From assembly GCA_964016885.1 (NCBI GenBank), contig OZ024759.1:18786001-18850000 (forward strand): a stretch of 64,000 nucleotides of DNA, written 5' to 3'. Within the stretch, counting starts at the first letter, position 1, and each line of letters opens with the position of its first letter. The DNA comes from Eledone cirrhosa (taxonomy: Eukaryota). The notes below the pieces were generated by a model. That model saw only the letters and a list, made by a program, of their open reading frames with translations. It did no database searches and was not told where the DNA came from. Shown here piece after piece: positions 51,923 to 64,000 of the stretch. The translations under genes and the position numbers were made by a program.

Positions 51923-52125
51923 AAAGGATAACAACGACGATTGGTTACTCATTCATTACATTTATTGGTAGGTGACGCGCGTTTCGCCACTGATCAGCTC
52001 AAGGTTCGATCTGTATCGATCCTACCCGACTCAATGATCGGCAGCTCGACGGACCCTTTAAAATGCTATAAGAAAATCTAGGCCACACAATACCCCACAC
52101 TAATAGGACAAAAATACGAAAACAC

Positions 52126-52713
52126 ATGGTTGCCCCACAACAAACCACCACCACAACCCAGAACGAAACAACACACACAACACAACGCAACAACCCACAT
52201 ACCAGATCCACACCCCATGTCACCAACCGCCAACGTACCACCACACCGGTTACACCCAACTGCAACTGCAAAAAACGGGCCGAATACCCACTGAACGGGG
52301 AGTGCCTCGTTAAAAACATTGTTTACCGGTGTGATGTCACAGCCGGCAATAAGGAGTACTCATATATAGGTGCGACATCCACCACGTTTAAGGAGCGCTG
52401 GTATAACCATAGAAGCTCCTTTAAACATAGGCTGAAACGATCCCAAACCAGACTGGCCGATTTGATCTGGGACCTCGAGGACAGGAACATCGAACCCCAG
52501 GTCTCGTGGTTAGTGAATAGACGCGTGGCACAACTCCCCAGTGACAGAAACCACTGCAGGTTATGCCTGGCTGAGGCGGCAGAAATAATTAAATTAAAGT
52601 CTGCCATAAACTATAGGTCGGACATAATTATCAATTGCAGACACACCAGGCTGAACACATTTTCCGCACAAACATTCGGGGGAGGGCCGCACATTAACCA
52701 TGACCCAGCATAA
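52126..52713 (+). pseudogene. Penelope-type GIY-YIG endonuclease domain (C-terminal remnant of RT-EN ORF; RT missing)
   Basis: CNC....YPLNGECL..NIVY...YIGAT...FKERWYNHRSSF...CRLCLAE...IN.R....CRH. Confidence 0.88.
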
Positions 52714-54380
52714 TAATAACCACCTCTGCCCAGTCTCACCACCGTCCATCTCAGTGAATTTATTTTATTCTATTGCATGTAACTATTTGTCAGCCCGTAT
52801 TTTGTATATCATGCCGCATACATCACCCCCACCAAAAATCACATCGCCATACACCCCTCATCCTTGCAACATTGTGTTCTATCTGTCCTCTCTGTCAGGT
52901 CTTACCTTACAAACCATAGAAACATCTGATCCTGTAAATATAATGTCGATCATATCACACCATCGCCACCACCACCACACCACACATCGTCATATGTCTA
53001 CCATCCACACCCGCAACCTTATCCTCCCACGTTCCCTCTGTCTACCCTAACCTACAACCCCACGCTAAATTCGACCCTGTAGATGTACTGTCGCATACAC
53101 CACCACCGCCACCACCACTAGATACATCCACATACTTCAACAATCAGTAACATCATTAACATCATCAACACACATCATCCCTCACTCCCTGATCGACTGT
53201 GTTATATCCGCCCTCCGTCTGCATTACCCCGTAACCCACCTTAACATCTGATCATTTAATCATTTTGTTGAACATATCACCCCAGCAGCACCATCACCAC
53301 CATGACCACAACACACATCGCTATACGTCCATAGACTTTTTTCCCCCGCGTTCTCTATGTCACCTTTTAACCTGTAACCCATTGTATTATTCGATTCTGA
53401 ATATTTTTGTCGCTCACAACTCCACCACCACCATCACAAGACACAACTCCATGCCTCAACATCCATTAACTTCATCAACATCGCCAACACATACCTTCCC
53501 TCTCGAACCAACGCAAGTGTGTGTGTCTGTGTGTAAGTATTTTTTAATATATATGTGCGTATACATATATGTATATATATGTTTGTGTATATATATGTAT
53601 GTATGTACGTGTCTGTATGTGTATGTTTATGTATACGTGTGTGTACGTGTATGTGTGCAGATCCGTATGTGTGAGTGCGTATGTAACACCATCTCCATTG
53701 GCTCTCACCTTCCCTCTCTCTTCGTTCTACGCCACCCCCACCGATACTCCCCCACTATCTCTCTATATATATCCACACGCGCGCATGCGCATACATGTGT
53801 GTATATATGCATATAGATATATCTATGTGTGGATCTGTGTGGGCGCCTGTATGTGTGTGTATATAAGTGTGTACGTATGTGTGTATATATATATCAGCAT
53901 ATATGCGCATGTATACATATATATACAGCGTATTTGTCAGACTAAGAGTGTCTAGGTATATATATCTCCCCATGGACTCGACACTACCAACACATCCACC
54001 ACACCACCACAAACGCCACTACCATAAACAACAACACCACAACTACACCCCCACACACGCAAACCCGTCTACCCCCACACCACAGCCCATCCCAGTCAGC
54101 GACCGTCACCACCATCTTATCATCACATCCGCCCCCACATACACTACAGGCCAAAGCCAATCCGCCACCACCACAGGCCAAAGCCAATCCGCCACCACCA
54201 CAGCCCATCGCAGCCAGCGACGGTCACCAACATCTCATCATCACATCCATCCCCACATACACTACAGGCCAGTACATCCCTTTGATCCTTTCCACCAATC
54301 AAAACAACTCATATTGTCAAACTCTTGAAATTCTGTCTTTACCACATAGCATGTATTTCATTTTCTTATAGCATTTTAAA

Positions 54381-54467
54381 GGGTCCGTCGAGCTGCCGAT
54401 CATTGAGTCGGGTAGGATCGATACAGATCGAACCTTGAGCTGATCAGCGGCGAAACGCGCGTCACCT
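54381..54467 (+). ncRNA. Hammerhead-fold motif with doubly variant core CCGUCGA (mirror copy at 51970-52056, -)
   Basis: GGGU-CCGUCGA-GCUGCCGAUCA...UGAUCAGCGGC-GAAA-CGCGCG-UC-ACCU, at the position where a pLTR hammerhead is expected. Confidence 0.6.
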
Positions 54468-54617
54468 ACCAATAAATGTAATGAAGGAGTAATCAATCGT
54501 CCTTGTTATCCTTTCAATATATTACACTCTGTATAGCTCTACACCTCATCACAGAAGTGAACCTAAACATCGAGCGCTCTCCTGGGTGAACCTGCAGTAA
54601 CTCCAAGTTAAACCCCT

Positions 54618-54660
<43 letters not shown>

Positions 54661-54961
54661 CTTGCATGCATATATGTATAAATATTTTTTTTGCATGCTT
54701 GTATGCGTATAAATATATATATATATAAGGTATGTGTATGTTTAGGAGTTGAATTAAAGACTATCAGATAGACATATAAATCTCTCGGTTGTCTGTTGTT
54801 TATTTTAACTCGCTGGAGATTTTTTTCTTCTTGCTATATTTACAACTGAAAAGTTGAAATTTGGCCTAGAGCTCAATTCTATATATATTTTCACATTTAA
54901 TTAACTAATTCGTTCTATTTCTATTATACACGTATGCTACACATACACACAAACGTGCATA

Positions 54962-55035
<74 letters not shown>

Positions 55036-55168
55036 TGTACATATACATATACATATATATATATATATATCTTGCGTGCTTGTTTGTAATAACAGTTTTT
55101 TTCAAACTAAATAAAGTACTTAACACTTCAAAGAGCACAATTACATTACAAACATACACACACGTGCA

Positions 55169-55252
<84 letters not shown>

Positions 55253-55285
55253 ATAAGATCAAAAGATGGTTAAAAGAGTTCCAAG

Positions 55286-55356
55286 TATTTTATTATGCGC
55301 ATTTCAAAAACAAATATCATCATGGGATGATATCTGCGTTCTCATCAGATAAAATA
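55286..55356 (-). ncRNA. Minimal type-I hammerhead, canonical core
   Basis: UAUUUUAU-CUGAUGA-GAACGCAGAUAUCAUC(CCAU)GAUGAUAUUUGUUUUU-GAAA-UGCGCA-UA-AUAAAAUA; 8-bp stem I, palindromic stem III. Confidence 0.82.
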
Positions 55357-55556
55357 GGGAGACATGATATGAAGTTTAAAAAAACACTTGTGAGCAGTGA
55401 AGTTTTAAATCAACATATGAAAAATAAATTAAGCTGGATTTATGAGATTGGGAAAAAGTAAGGGGGGTGGAAAAGGTAAGGAAGAGAAAGAAATAAGAGT
55501 AAAGTAGGGTGGGGGAGGAGTATAAGAAGGAGGGATGAGAGAGGAGGAGAGATGGG

Positions 55557-55614
<58 letters not shown>

Positions 55615-57568
55615 CCTTTACAACTGAGAAAAACTATTGTCTCACAGAGAGAAATTAAAAAGCTGTTGGAAGATAATAGATAATTTAAAAGATTTTGAAA
55701 TTAAAAGTTAATGCGGTTTATGCATGAAGAACAAGGAATTAAGAATAGTATTAAATTATGGTTTGTATATTGAAGGGTTTAATAATATGTGCGAAGAAAA
55801 GGAATTTATTAATATGTATTATTAAAATAAAAATATTAATGATATTAAGGATATAATGTGAAAAGAAGGAGAAGAATAAATGAGTTATGAATTTAGAGGA
55901 ATTAGTTAGGGTTTAAGTTTGTTTTTATGTATTGTAATATGTATACGTAAATAGTATGTTTAAAATGAGCGCGGAAGGAGAGAAGAAAAAGGAATGTTTA
56001 AGGAAGAAAATATCTAACATCAAAAAGTATATATGTTTACGAAATATTTTCTAATGGTAATATAATATATTAAAAGAAATTAGTTAGGGTTTAAGTTTGT
56101 TTTTATGTATTGTAATATGTAAAAGTAAAATTAAGTAGTAGGTTTAAAACGAGCATGAAAGGATAGAAGAGATAAGAAAAATTTAAGGAAGAAAAAAATC
56201 TAACGTCAAAAAGTTTATATGTTTACGAAGGATTTATACTGGTAATATTATAATGTATTTAAAAAATAATTTTAATCATACGGAAACCTATCAAAAATTT
56301 GACAAAACTCTTTTTCTCTATATTTTCCTATTTTACATTCCATTCTTCTCAATCTAAATTTTCATTTCTTTTCTTTTCCTATTAAACTGTATTTACATGA
56401 TATATTTCATAAATAAAATTTCTTTAAAATTGTTTAAGAAAGCTATTAGGAATTTTACAAAGTAACATTACTCTTCTCAAAAAAGAAATGTAAAATATAG
56501 ATGCAATATATTTCAGAAAAACTGAATTAACTTCATATTGTACATTAAAATTTCTTATTACGAATTTGACAAAAACAGAATTATTATTTGTTTGTAAACG
56601 ATCGACAAGATCTTAGACATCATTCATTTATTGAGTGGGTGGAACTTGTCAAATCGGACCTAGGGAACAACGTTTCCATTGATCTTTCCATTGATGATAC
56701 TATCTACCGGTCACAACTCCAGGCAGAAAGAGTAATGTGAAATAAAGTGTGTTTCTCAAGTATATAACACATCGCTCGGTCCAGGAATCTAACTTGCAGC
56801 TTCATAATTGTGAATCCTATTCCCTAACCACTAAGCTACATGTGGATATGTATGTATATACGCGTGTATATATGTATATACACGCGTATACATGCATACA
56901 TACACTCGCTGCGTTAGCCACTCCACCCCAAGCGGAATCCGCTCCTCACAATTTTGCGGAATGAAACAGCAGTTCGGTGACCAAGAAAAGCAGAGGTCAT
57001 GATGATGATTGAATGAAAATAAAGCAGTTGGTTAGGTCAAGGTATTTGTTTATTAAAGATATTATAAACATGTGAAAAACTGAATCAATGTTAAATCATA
57101 CGATAAACCTGAGAAATATCACAAAACCAAAATAAATTTGAAAACGTACGGTAAAGATATGGGAAATTTGATAAGAATATTTTAAATTAGACCTGTTTGA
57201 AATTTCGTTAAAAATCTGTTTGAATGCAAAATTTTGAAAACATTGAATAAATTAAAAATTGCTCGGGAAACGATTCAGAGATTTGATAAAAATCAAATAT
57301 ATGTAAAACCGAATAATAAACCTGTTGAACATTTGTGAAAACATGATCAAATGAAAAAATTGAAATCTACGGCAAATCTACTAGGATTTTTACAAGATCT
57401 AGGAAATTGTAATATAATAATACTTTAAGGCTATTTGTTAATTGACAAAAATATAATAAATATATATAAACCAACGAGAGATTTGAGAAAATCAGAATAA
57501 AGGTAAAACTTCTTTATAAACCTATTAACATTTTCAGAAAAATAAAGAACGAATGTCAAATTGCATTA

Positions 57569-57696
57569 TACGAGGGTTGAAAAGTCGGTTGGAAAGATCA
57601 TCGGGTGACTATGAAATATGTTGAAAAATAAACATCATTTGGTAATTCCATGAAAGTAACTTGGTTAGCATATGAACTTTTCAGTCGACCCTCATA
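57569..57696. mobile_element. Tc1/mariner-type MITE, internally deleted copy
   Basis: TA-CGAGGGTTGA...TATGAACTTTTCAGTCGACCCTCA-TA; internal TATGTTGAAAAATAAAC shared with the 37690 copy. Confidence 0.6.
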
Positions 57697-58298
57697 AATA
57701 AATAACAGAGTCAGTTGAGCTCCAAGCACAATGCCTCGTGGTTATCGTTCCGGATCTCTGTGATCTGAATTCAATTGACGCTGAGATCAACTTTACCTTC
57801 AGTCCTTTCCAGATCGCTAAATAAAGTACCATTCCAGTACAGGAGTCAATTTTTTCTCAGTAGTTTTCTCTGTGTTCTTGAGAAGAAACTGAAGGTGTTA
57901 AGATGTAGTACGCCCAAGACTCACCGTATGTCACTACGGTATGTCACTACGCTACTCTAACTACGCTACTCTACGCCTCTATCAGTGAGTACAGATCCAT
58001 ATATACAATGTTTACACGCCTTATTTCTTCAATGTTGCTGGTTTCCTTTTTCCTATTTCGCTTTTTATTATTAGGGCTGTGGGGGTAAAATCGGAAGAGC
58101 GTCGGGCAACATTCTTTTTGGCATAGAGTTTCACTTCTTTATGTTCTGAGTTCAAATTCCAGCGGGGTCAACATTGCCTTTCATCCTTACGGGGTCGATA
58201 AAATGAAGTACCAGTCCCGCACTGGGGTCGATTTAATCGACTTTCTCCTCCCTCAAAATTGCTAGCCTTATGCCTAAATCACAAACGATTATTATTAT

Positions 58299-58364
<66 letters not shown>

Positions 58365-58880
58365 CAGTAGTAAAAACATACACAAGTATTTTCAAAACGT
58401 ACCTTTTCCGGGTTTTACTGTAAAGCGACGAAAAATGGACATAATTTTGACAACATGCTAAAAGACTGGCAGATTTTTAGCAAAAGTGTCTTTGAGAATA
58501 TTTACATATACTTCAGTTAGCGAATAATGTAAGTATAGAAGTTCTCGCGCCACGTAGCAGTTTTACGTAGGCAAGTCATATAGACTGAATGGAAAATGGA
58601 TGAATTCTAATTTCCCTACTCCGTGGAGAACGGTTTTGACGAAAAAATGTCTCCTTACAAACAGAAGTTAGAGTTAATGGACGAAGTAGTTATGCCCAAA
58701 CTAATGTACAATATATTTCTTCATTCTCATATTTATAGGGTTTATGTTTTTTTTTTTGTTTTTGTTTTTTTTGTTCGTGACAATATTTGCAATGCTTTCT
58801 CATTATATGCCTTATATATATAAAAAAAAAAAAAATTATATATATATATACATATATATAAAGACAGAGAACTTATGAAA

Positions 58881-58922
<42 letters not shown>

Positions 58923-59165
58923 TTTCATAAGTTCTCTCCGTCTTTATATATATGTATATATATATATACATATATATATTTGTCAGTGTATATGTGTGTA
59001 CATACGCGTATTTCAAACTGAATTCCACCATCCTCCATTATCTCATGAGCAGATACATTCAAACAGGAAGGAATATTATCACCTGATTATCACAATATGT
59101 AACTTGGGTACTTTAGATAAAATACCTTCTTCTGGCCAGTAAAATGCACATATGTAATGACGTAC

Positions 59166-59240
<75 letters not shown>

Positions 59241-59335
59241 TACATACGTACCTAGCTATATATATATATGCACGTAACTGCATATATACATACTTAACAA
59301 TATATATATATATATACATGTATATATACTTAACA

Positions 59336-59366
<31 letters not shown>

Positions 59367-59401
59367 CTTAACAATATATATATATATATATATACTTAAC
59401 A

Positions 59402-59465
<64 letters not shown>

Positions 59466-59471
59466 TTAACA

Positions 59472-59572
<101 letters not shown>

Positions 59573-59610
59573 CTTAACAATATATATTTATATATATAAA
59601 TATATATATT

Positions 59611-59644
<34 letters not shown>

Positions 59645-59664
59645 GTGATTTCTCTTTACCTTTT

Positions 59665-59730
<66 letters not shown>

Positions 59731-60126
59731 CTATCTATCTATCTGCATCTCCTCTCTGTGTACATACATACATACATACATACATACATACATACATACA
59801 TACATACATACATACATACATACATACATACATACATACATACATACATACATACATACATACATACATACATAGAATATATTCCTTCTGCGAATTATTA
59901 TGCGCTCCAAGAAGAAACAATGTTTTCTACCATGTTCTGCCGACCATTAATATGCTTATGACTTGGCATGAAGTTAACTTAATCCTGTTATCAATCTGCA
60001 CATATTGAAAATCATTTTATATAATAGTGTAACTCACATGGGATTTCTTATAGAACTTCTTCATACTACAACACAATAATTACAGTATTCCTTGCCTCTA
60101 TCCTCCTTTATCATCATCATCGTTAA

Positions 60127-60159
<33 letters not shown>

Positions 60160-60347
60160 GGCGGTGGATTGGCAGTATCGGTAGAGGGTCGGACGCCATG
60201 CTTTCCAGCATAGTTACGTCCCTTTACGATCTGAGTTCAAATCCTGCCGAGGTTGACTTTGCCTTTCATCCTTACGGGGTCGATAAAATAAAGTACCAGT
60301 AATGCACTGGGATAATTGCTGGCCTTGTGCCAAAAGTAGAATCAATT
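60160..60347 (+). mobile_element. tRNA-derived SINE family A, full-length copy
   Basis: A box (TGGCAGTATCGG), B box (GAGTTCAAATCC), core GCCTTTCATCCTTACGGGGTCGATAAAATAAAGTACC (Meta/MESC-like, from recall), (ATT)n tail. Further copies or fragments at ~590-1090, 1645-1738, 10030-10122, 14014-14194(-), 20168-20276, 20745-21355, 21497-21687(-), 26590-27075, 30325-30493, 38180-38350(-), 38517-38648(-), 57740-57850, 58075-58290. Confidence 0.88.
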
Positions 60348-61647
60348 ATTATTTATTATTGTTGTTGTTGTGTGATTGTTTTGTTTTGTTCTTGTTTTCT
60401 GTTGTTGTTGATTTTTTTTTTGCTTTTGTATTTGGTTTGGTTTTGCTAAAATGAAGCATATTCCCATGCTTGGTTGGATAACTGGAAGGTTATTTAATAA
60501 TTTAATAATAAGCACCATGTGCCCGCAAAGTATCAATCAACTTCAATACTGATATTCACCTTAGAATGTCCCATAGGGAGCTGTAGAGAATAGAAATGCA
60601 ATTATTATTTCATAGACGACTACACACAACAATTTGTTTTCAACTAAATTATTCTAACAGAATATTTCGTGGTTGGAATAATGAAACAAACCCTAACACG
60701 AAGTAAACTGAGCCAATTAAATATAGATATGGAAGCAATATATTAATATATGCAGTAAATATATAAAATTATTTGCAAATCTCTAATGAAATATGGGAAA
60801 AGAGTTACAACAGCAGAGACAAACCATAGTTGAAAACTAATCGTTTTTATGTTGTTAGGTGAATGCTCCTGGTATGGTTGTGTGTATTTAAATAAATAGT
60901 ACGTAGTTGAAGCGAAGTGGAAGCGAAGTTTTTCTAATGTTGAATAATTAGGCCGGATAGTATCAATCCGAATGAATCTTCTTCCGGTGGAATAAATGGA
61001 AATCTACAAGGTATTTATAGTTATATATAGCATGTATGTATGGACTTGTAACATTTGACGAAATCGTAAAGGCACTGCCGTAGTATACATCATGTCTTGG
61101 TGTATAATCTGTCTCATGCCTGGAGGCTCATCCGGTGCTTATCCTGGTTTCTGTGACACCAAGTTACTGAGAGTACATGACTCCCCGCTGTACAGGACAC
61201 CAGACCATTACAGGGTTAAAGTTTGTGAAGAGCCAGGAGGCTCACCAAGGCGGCGTTTATCCTCGTTTCCGTGGCCGTAAGCGACAGAGTACATAACTCC
61301 CCGCTGTACAGGACACCATCACAGTTGTTCAGTTCTGAGAGCATTCCTCAATGCTCTCAGAACTGAACAATGGGAAGTTTGACACATTTTTTGATATTTT
61401 GTTCCTTCAACACCTTGTCCCTTCTACCATTTTATCAATTTTTAAGCTAACTCCAACAATGACAACACTAATAACTGACCAATGAGAGGAGAAGGGGACC
61501 TGTGACACTAAAATTCGTTTGTTTGAATTCATATGACTCCAGTTCCCCAGTGAATTAACAACCCAACAAGGAACTGGGCATATCAGAGTATTGACAATAT
61601 CATACACCTAAACAACATATGTACATGTCTATACCATACTAATTCAA

Positions 61648-61702
61648 ACTGCCTGAAGAGGTCACAGCCAAAGATGGCTGTCACTGAAATATATATAGCA
61701 GT
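61648..61702 (+). ncRNA. Minimal type-I hammerhead, canonical core
   Basis: ACUGC-CUGAAGA-GGUCACAGCCA(AAGA)UGGCUGUCACU-GAAA-UAUAUA-UA-GCAGU, immediately followed by AATAAA. Confidence 0.85.
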
Positions 61703-61905
61703 AATAAACGAAGCTAAATTTTAATCATTTGACTTTTATTTAACTTTATTTTACACTACTCCGGAGTAACCAAACCAACCTGCGCACTTCGTCGAGTGCT
61801 CCAGCCTGCATACTGAGGTGTTGGTATACAACCAACATAAACTCAAAATCTCTATATATATATGTATACATATATACACATACACACATACATATATATA
61901 TAATA

Positions 61906-61987
<82 letters not shown>

Positions 61988-62046
61988 TACATATATATAT
62001 ACTTATATATATATATACTTATACATATATATACTTATATATATAC

Positions 62047-62139
<93 letters not shown>

Positions 62140-62267
62140 TATACCTATATATATATGTGTGTGTGTATACCTATATATATATATATATGTATACATATAT
62201 ACACATACACACATACATATATATATAATATAATATTATATATATAATATAATATAATATTATATAT

Positions 62268-62335
<68 letters not shown>

Positions 62336-62590
62336 AGAAGTTATATTTAATTTGTTGGGATACAACAAGCAAATATTTTTATAACTGATATAAAGCACTC
62401 AACAAATTTTTGGAGTAAAAATACAATATATTAACAAATGGAAACTATATTTATAAAACCATATTTATTTCATTATACATATTTCAAGGACACCAAAGCA
62501 AATTACGGGACTATCCGGGAGCTTCCAACAGACATGGTCGCATTCTTTAAGGGTATGTCAATATTCGTTTATAAAACTGATCTATATTAT

Positions 62591-62653
62591 ATTTTATCTG
62601 ATGAAAGCGCACCATAATTTGCTTTGGTGTCCTTGAAATATGTATAAAGAAAT
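62591..62653 (+). ncRNA. Minimal type-I hammerhead in an inverted-repeat Penelope-like remnant (arms ~62426-62505 and ~62615-62694)
   Basis: AUUUUAU-CUGAUGA-AAGCGCACCA...UGGUGUCCUU-GAAA-UAUGUA-UA-AAGAAAU; the inverted copy has AUGAAAU, which fully pairs stem I. Confidence 0.7.
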
Positions 62654-62698
62654 AAATATGGTTTTATAAATATAGTTTCCATTTGTTAATATATATAT

Positions 62699-63018
62699 AT
62701 AGTTATGTAATAAACAACATAAGGCAATTATTCCATTTACCAGTGGTTTCTTAAAAGCAAAAGATTTTGTTTTCAATCCTCAGAATGAAAAAATCCTGGT
62801 CTGTTTATTGAATTTGGATTTAAAATTTTTTTTAAATCGAAATTCAATAAACAGACCAGGATTTTTTCATTCTGAGGATTGAAAGCAAAATCTTTTGCTT
62901 TTAAGAAACCACTGGTAAATGGAATAATTGCCTTATGTCGTTTATTACATAACTATTAAGCTCTGTTACCTACATAGAGCACTCTTTTTTCCTGGACTTT
63001 TCCGGCGGAATTACTTTA

Positions 63019-63022
<4 letters not shown>
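62699..63022. repeat. 258-bp palindrome (62699-62956) plus ~66-nt tail, ending in (TA)n
   Basis: Arms are reverse complements with few mismatches; centre ~62827. Confidence 0.9.
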
Positions 63023-63073
<51 letters not shown>

Positions 63074-63798
63074 CTCACGATCACTCACAAAGTAAATCTA
63101 CATGTGTTTCTAACTATTTGACTTTGCATGCTGATATCTTAAATGAATTCCGAATACGATTCGTCTTTTTATTTATCTAATTATTTCTGTCGTTCCTATA
63201 CAAACTCAGAGAGGTAATTCCTAAATATTTGCACGTATTTTCACGTACACTGAAAATTGTTGCTTTCAAACTATCCTTCACTGTTTACTGAAAAGTTGAG
63301 TACATTTCTGTTGTAATTACATAACTGTATCCCGAAGGTATTATCACTTGTATTAAAACGATTTTACCTATTTAATTTTCATACTCTTGCTGCTTTACTT
63401 GCGTAATAAACTTCTTTCTCTCTGTCTATCTCGTTCACTCTTTCGTTCGCGCCCTCGTGCACTCTATCTTTCGTTTGCTCTCTCCTCTTTTTCCTCTAAT
63501 CTCTCTTCTCTCGTGTCTGTGCTCTTCTCTCTCTCCCCTTTATGCGTGTGTGTGTTTTTCTCTCCTCGCTCGCTCTTTCCCTTACTCTCTCTCTCTCTCT
63601 CTATCTTTCTCCTACTACCTTGCTCTCTTTCTATCTCTATCTCTCTCTGTCTCTCTCTCTCTCGCTCCTTTCTTTTTAACGCACACATTCTTTTTCTTAT
63701 TCTTCTCTTTCTCGCTCATCTCTTTCTCTCTATCTGACACACTCTCTCTTGCTCCTCTCTTTCTCTCTATCTCATACATTCTGTCTTGCTTCTCTCTT

Positions 63799-63833
<35 letters not shown>

Positions 63834-64000
63834 CCCCTTCTCCCCTTCCCTCTCTATGGATTTACCTGAAGATTCTCTTACAATAACTATGTTTCTGTAC
63901 TTATTTATTCATTTATTTATTCATTTACTCATTTAGTCATTCTTATTTCGTCTTTGTTCACTATGTTGCTTCTTATTTATCATAGAATTCAAATTGCTTT

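Noticed and set aside
55906-55912. TTAGGG telomere-like hexamer
   Set aside because: Single copies within a local duplication; no array
60160-60250. tRNA-like A/B boxes
   Set aside because: SINE heads with many dispersed copies; no intact cloverleaf, so not tRNA genes

Overview
Eukaryotic, microsatellite-saturated, AT-rich intergenic or intronic DNA; the repeat repertoire looks like an octopus/cephalopod genome (inference). No host exon could be supported. Two apparently intact non-LTR retrotransposons are present. One is a single-ORF R4/Dong-clade element (Myb-like, RT, CCHC, REL endonuclease; 2213-6437, +) sitting in (TACA)n. The other is a two-ORF Tx1/L1-clade element (41817-47640, -) sitting in (AAT)n/(AAG)n. 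There is also a 5'-truncated Penelope-like element (GIY-YIG, inverted pLTRs; 51921-54620), non-autonomous RTE derivatives, decayed RTE/R4 fragments, mariner-type MITEs and many tRNA-derived SINEs. The most striking hidden layer, found by reading the sequence by eye, is about ten type-I hammerhead ribozyme motifs in Penelope-like remnants, mostly next to (TA)n tracts. Several have non-canonical cores (UUGAGAA, CCGAAGA, CAGAAGA, CCGUCGA), and several lie in fold-back palindromes with a one-sided tail. All folds are manual and untested. Nearly all short ORFs in the track are translations of microsatellites.
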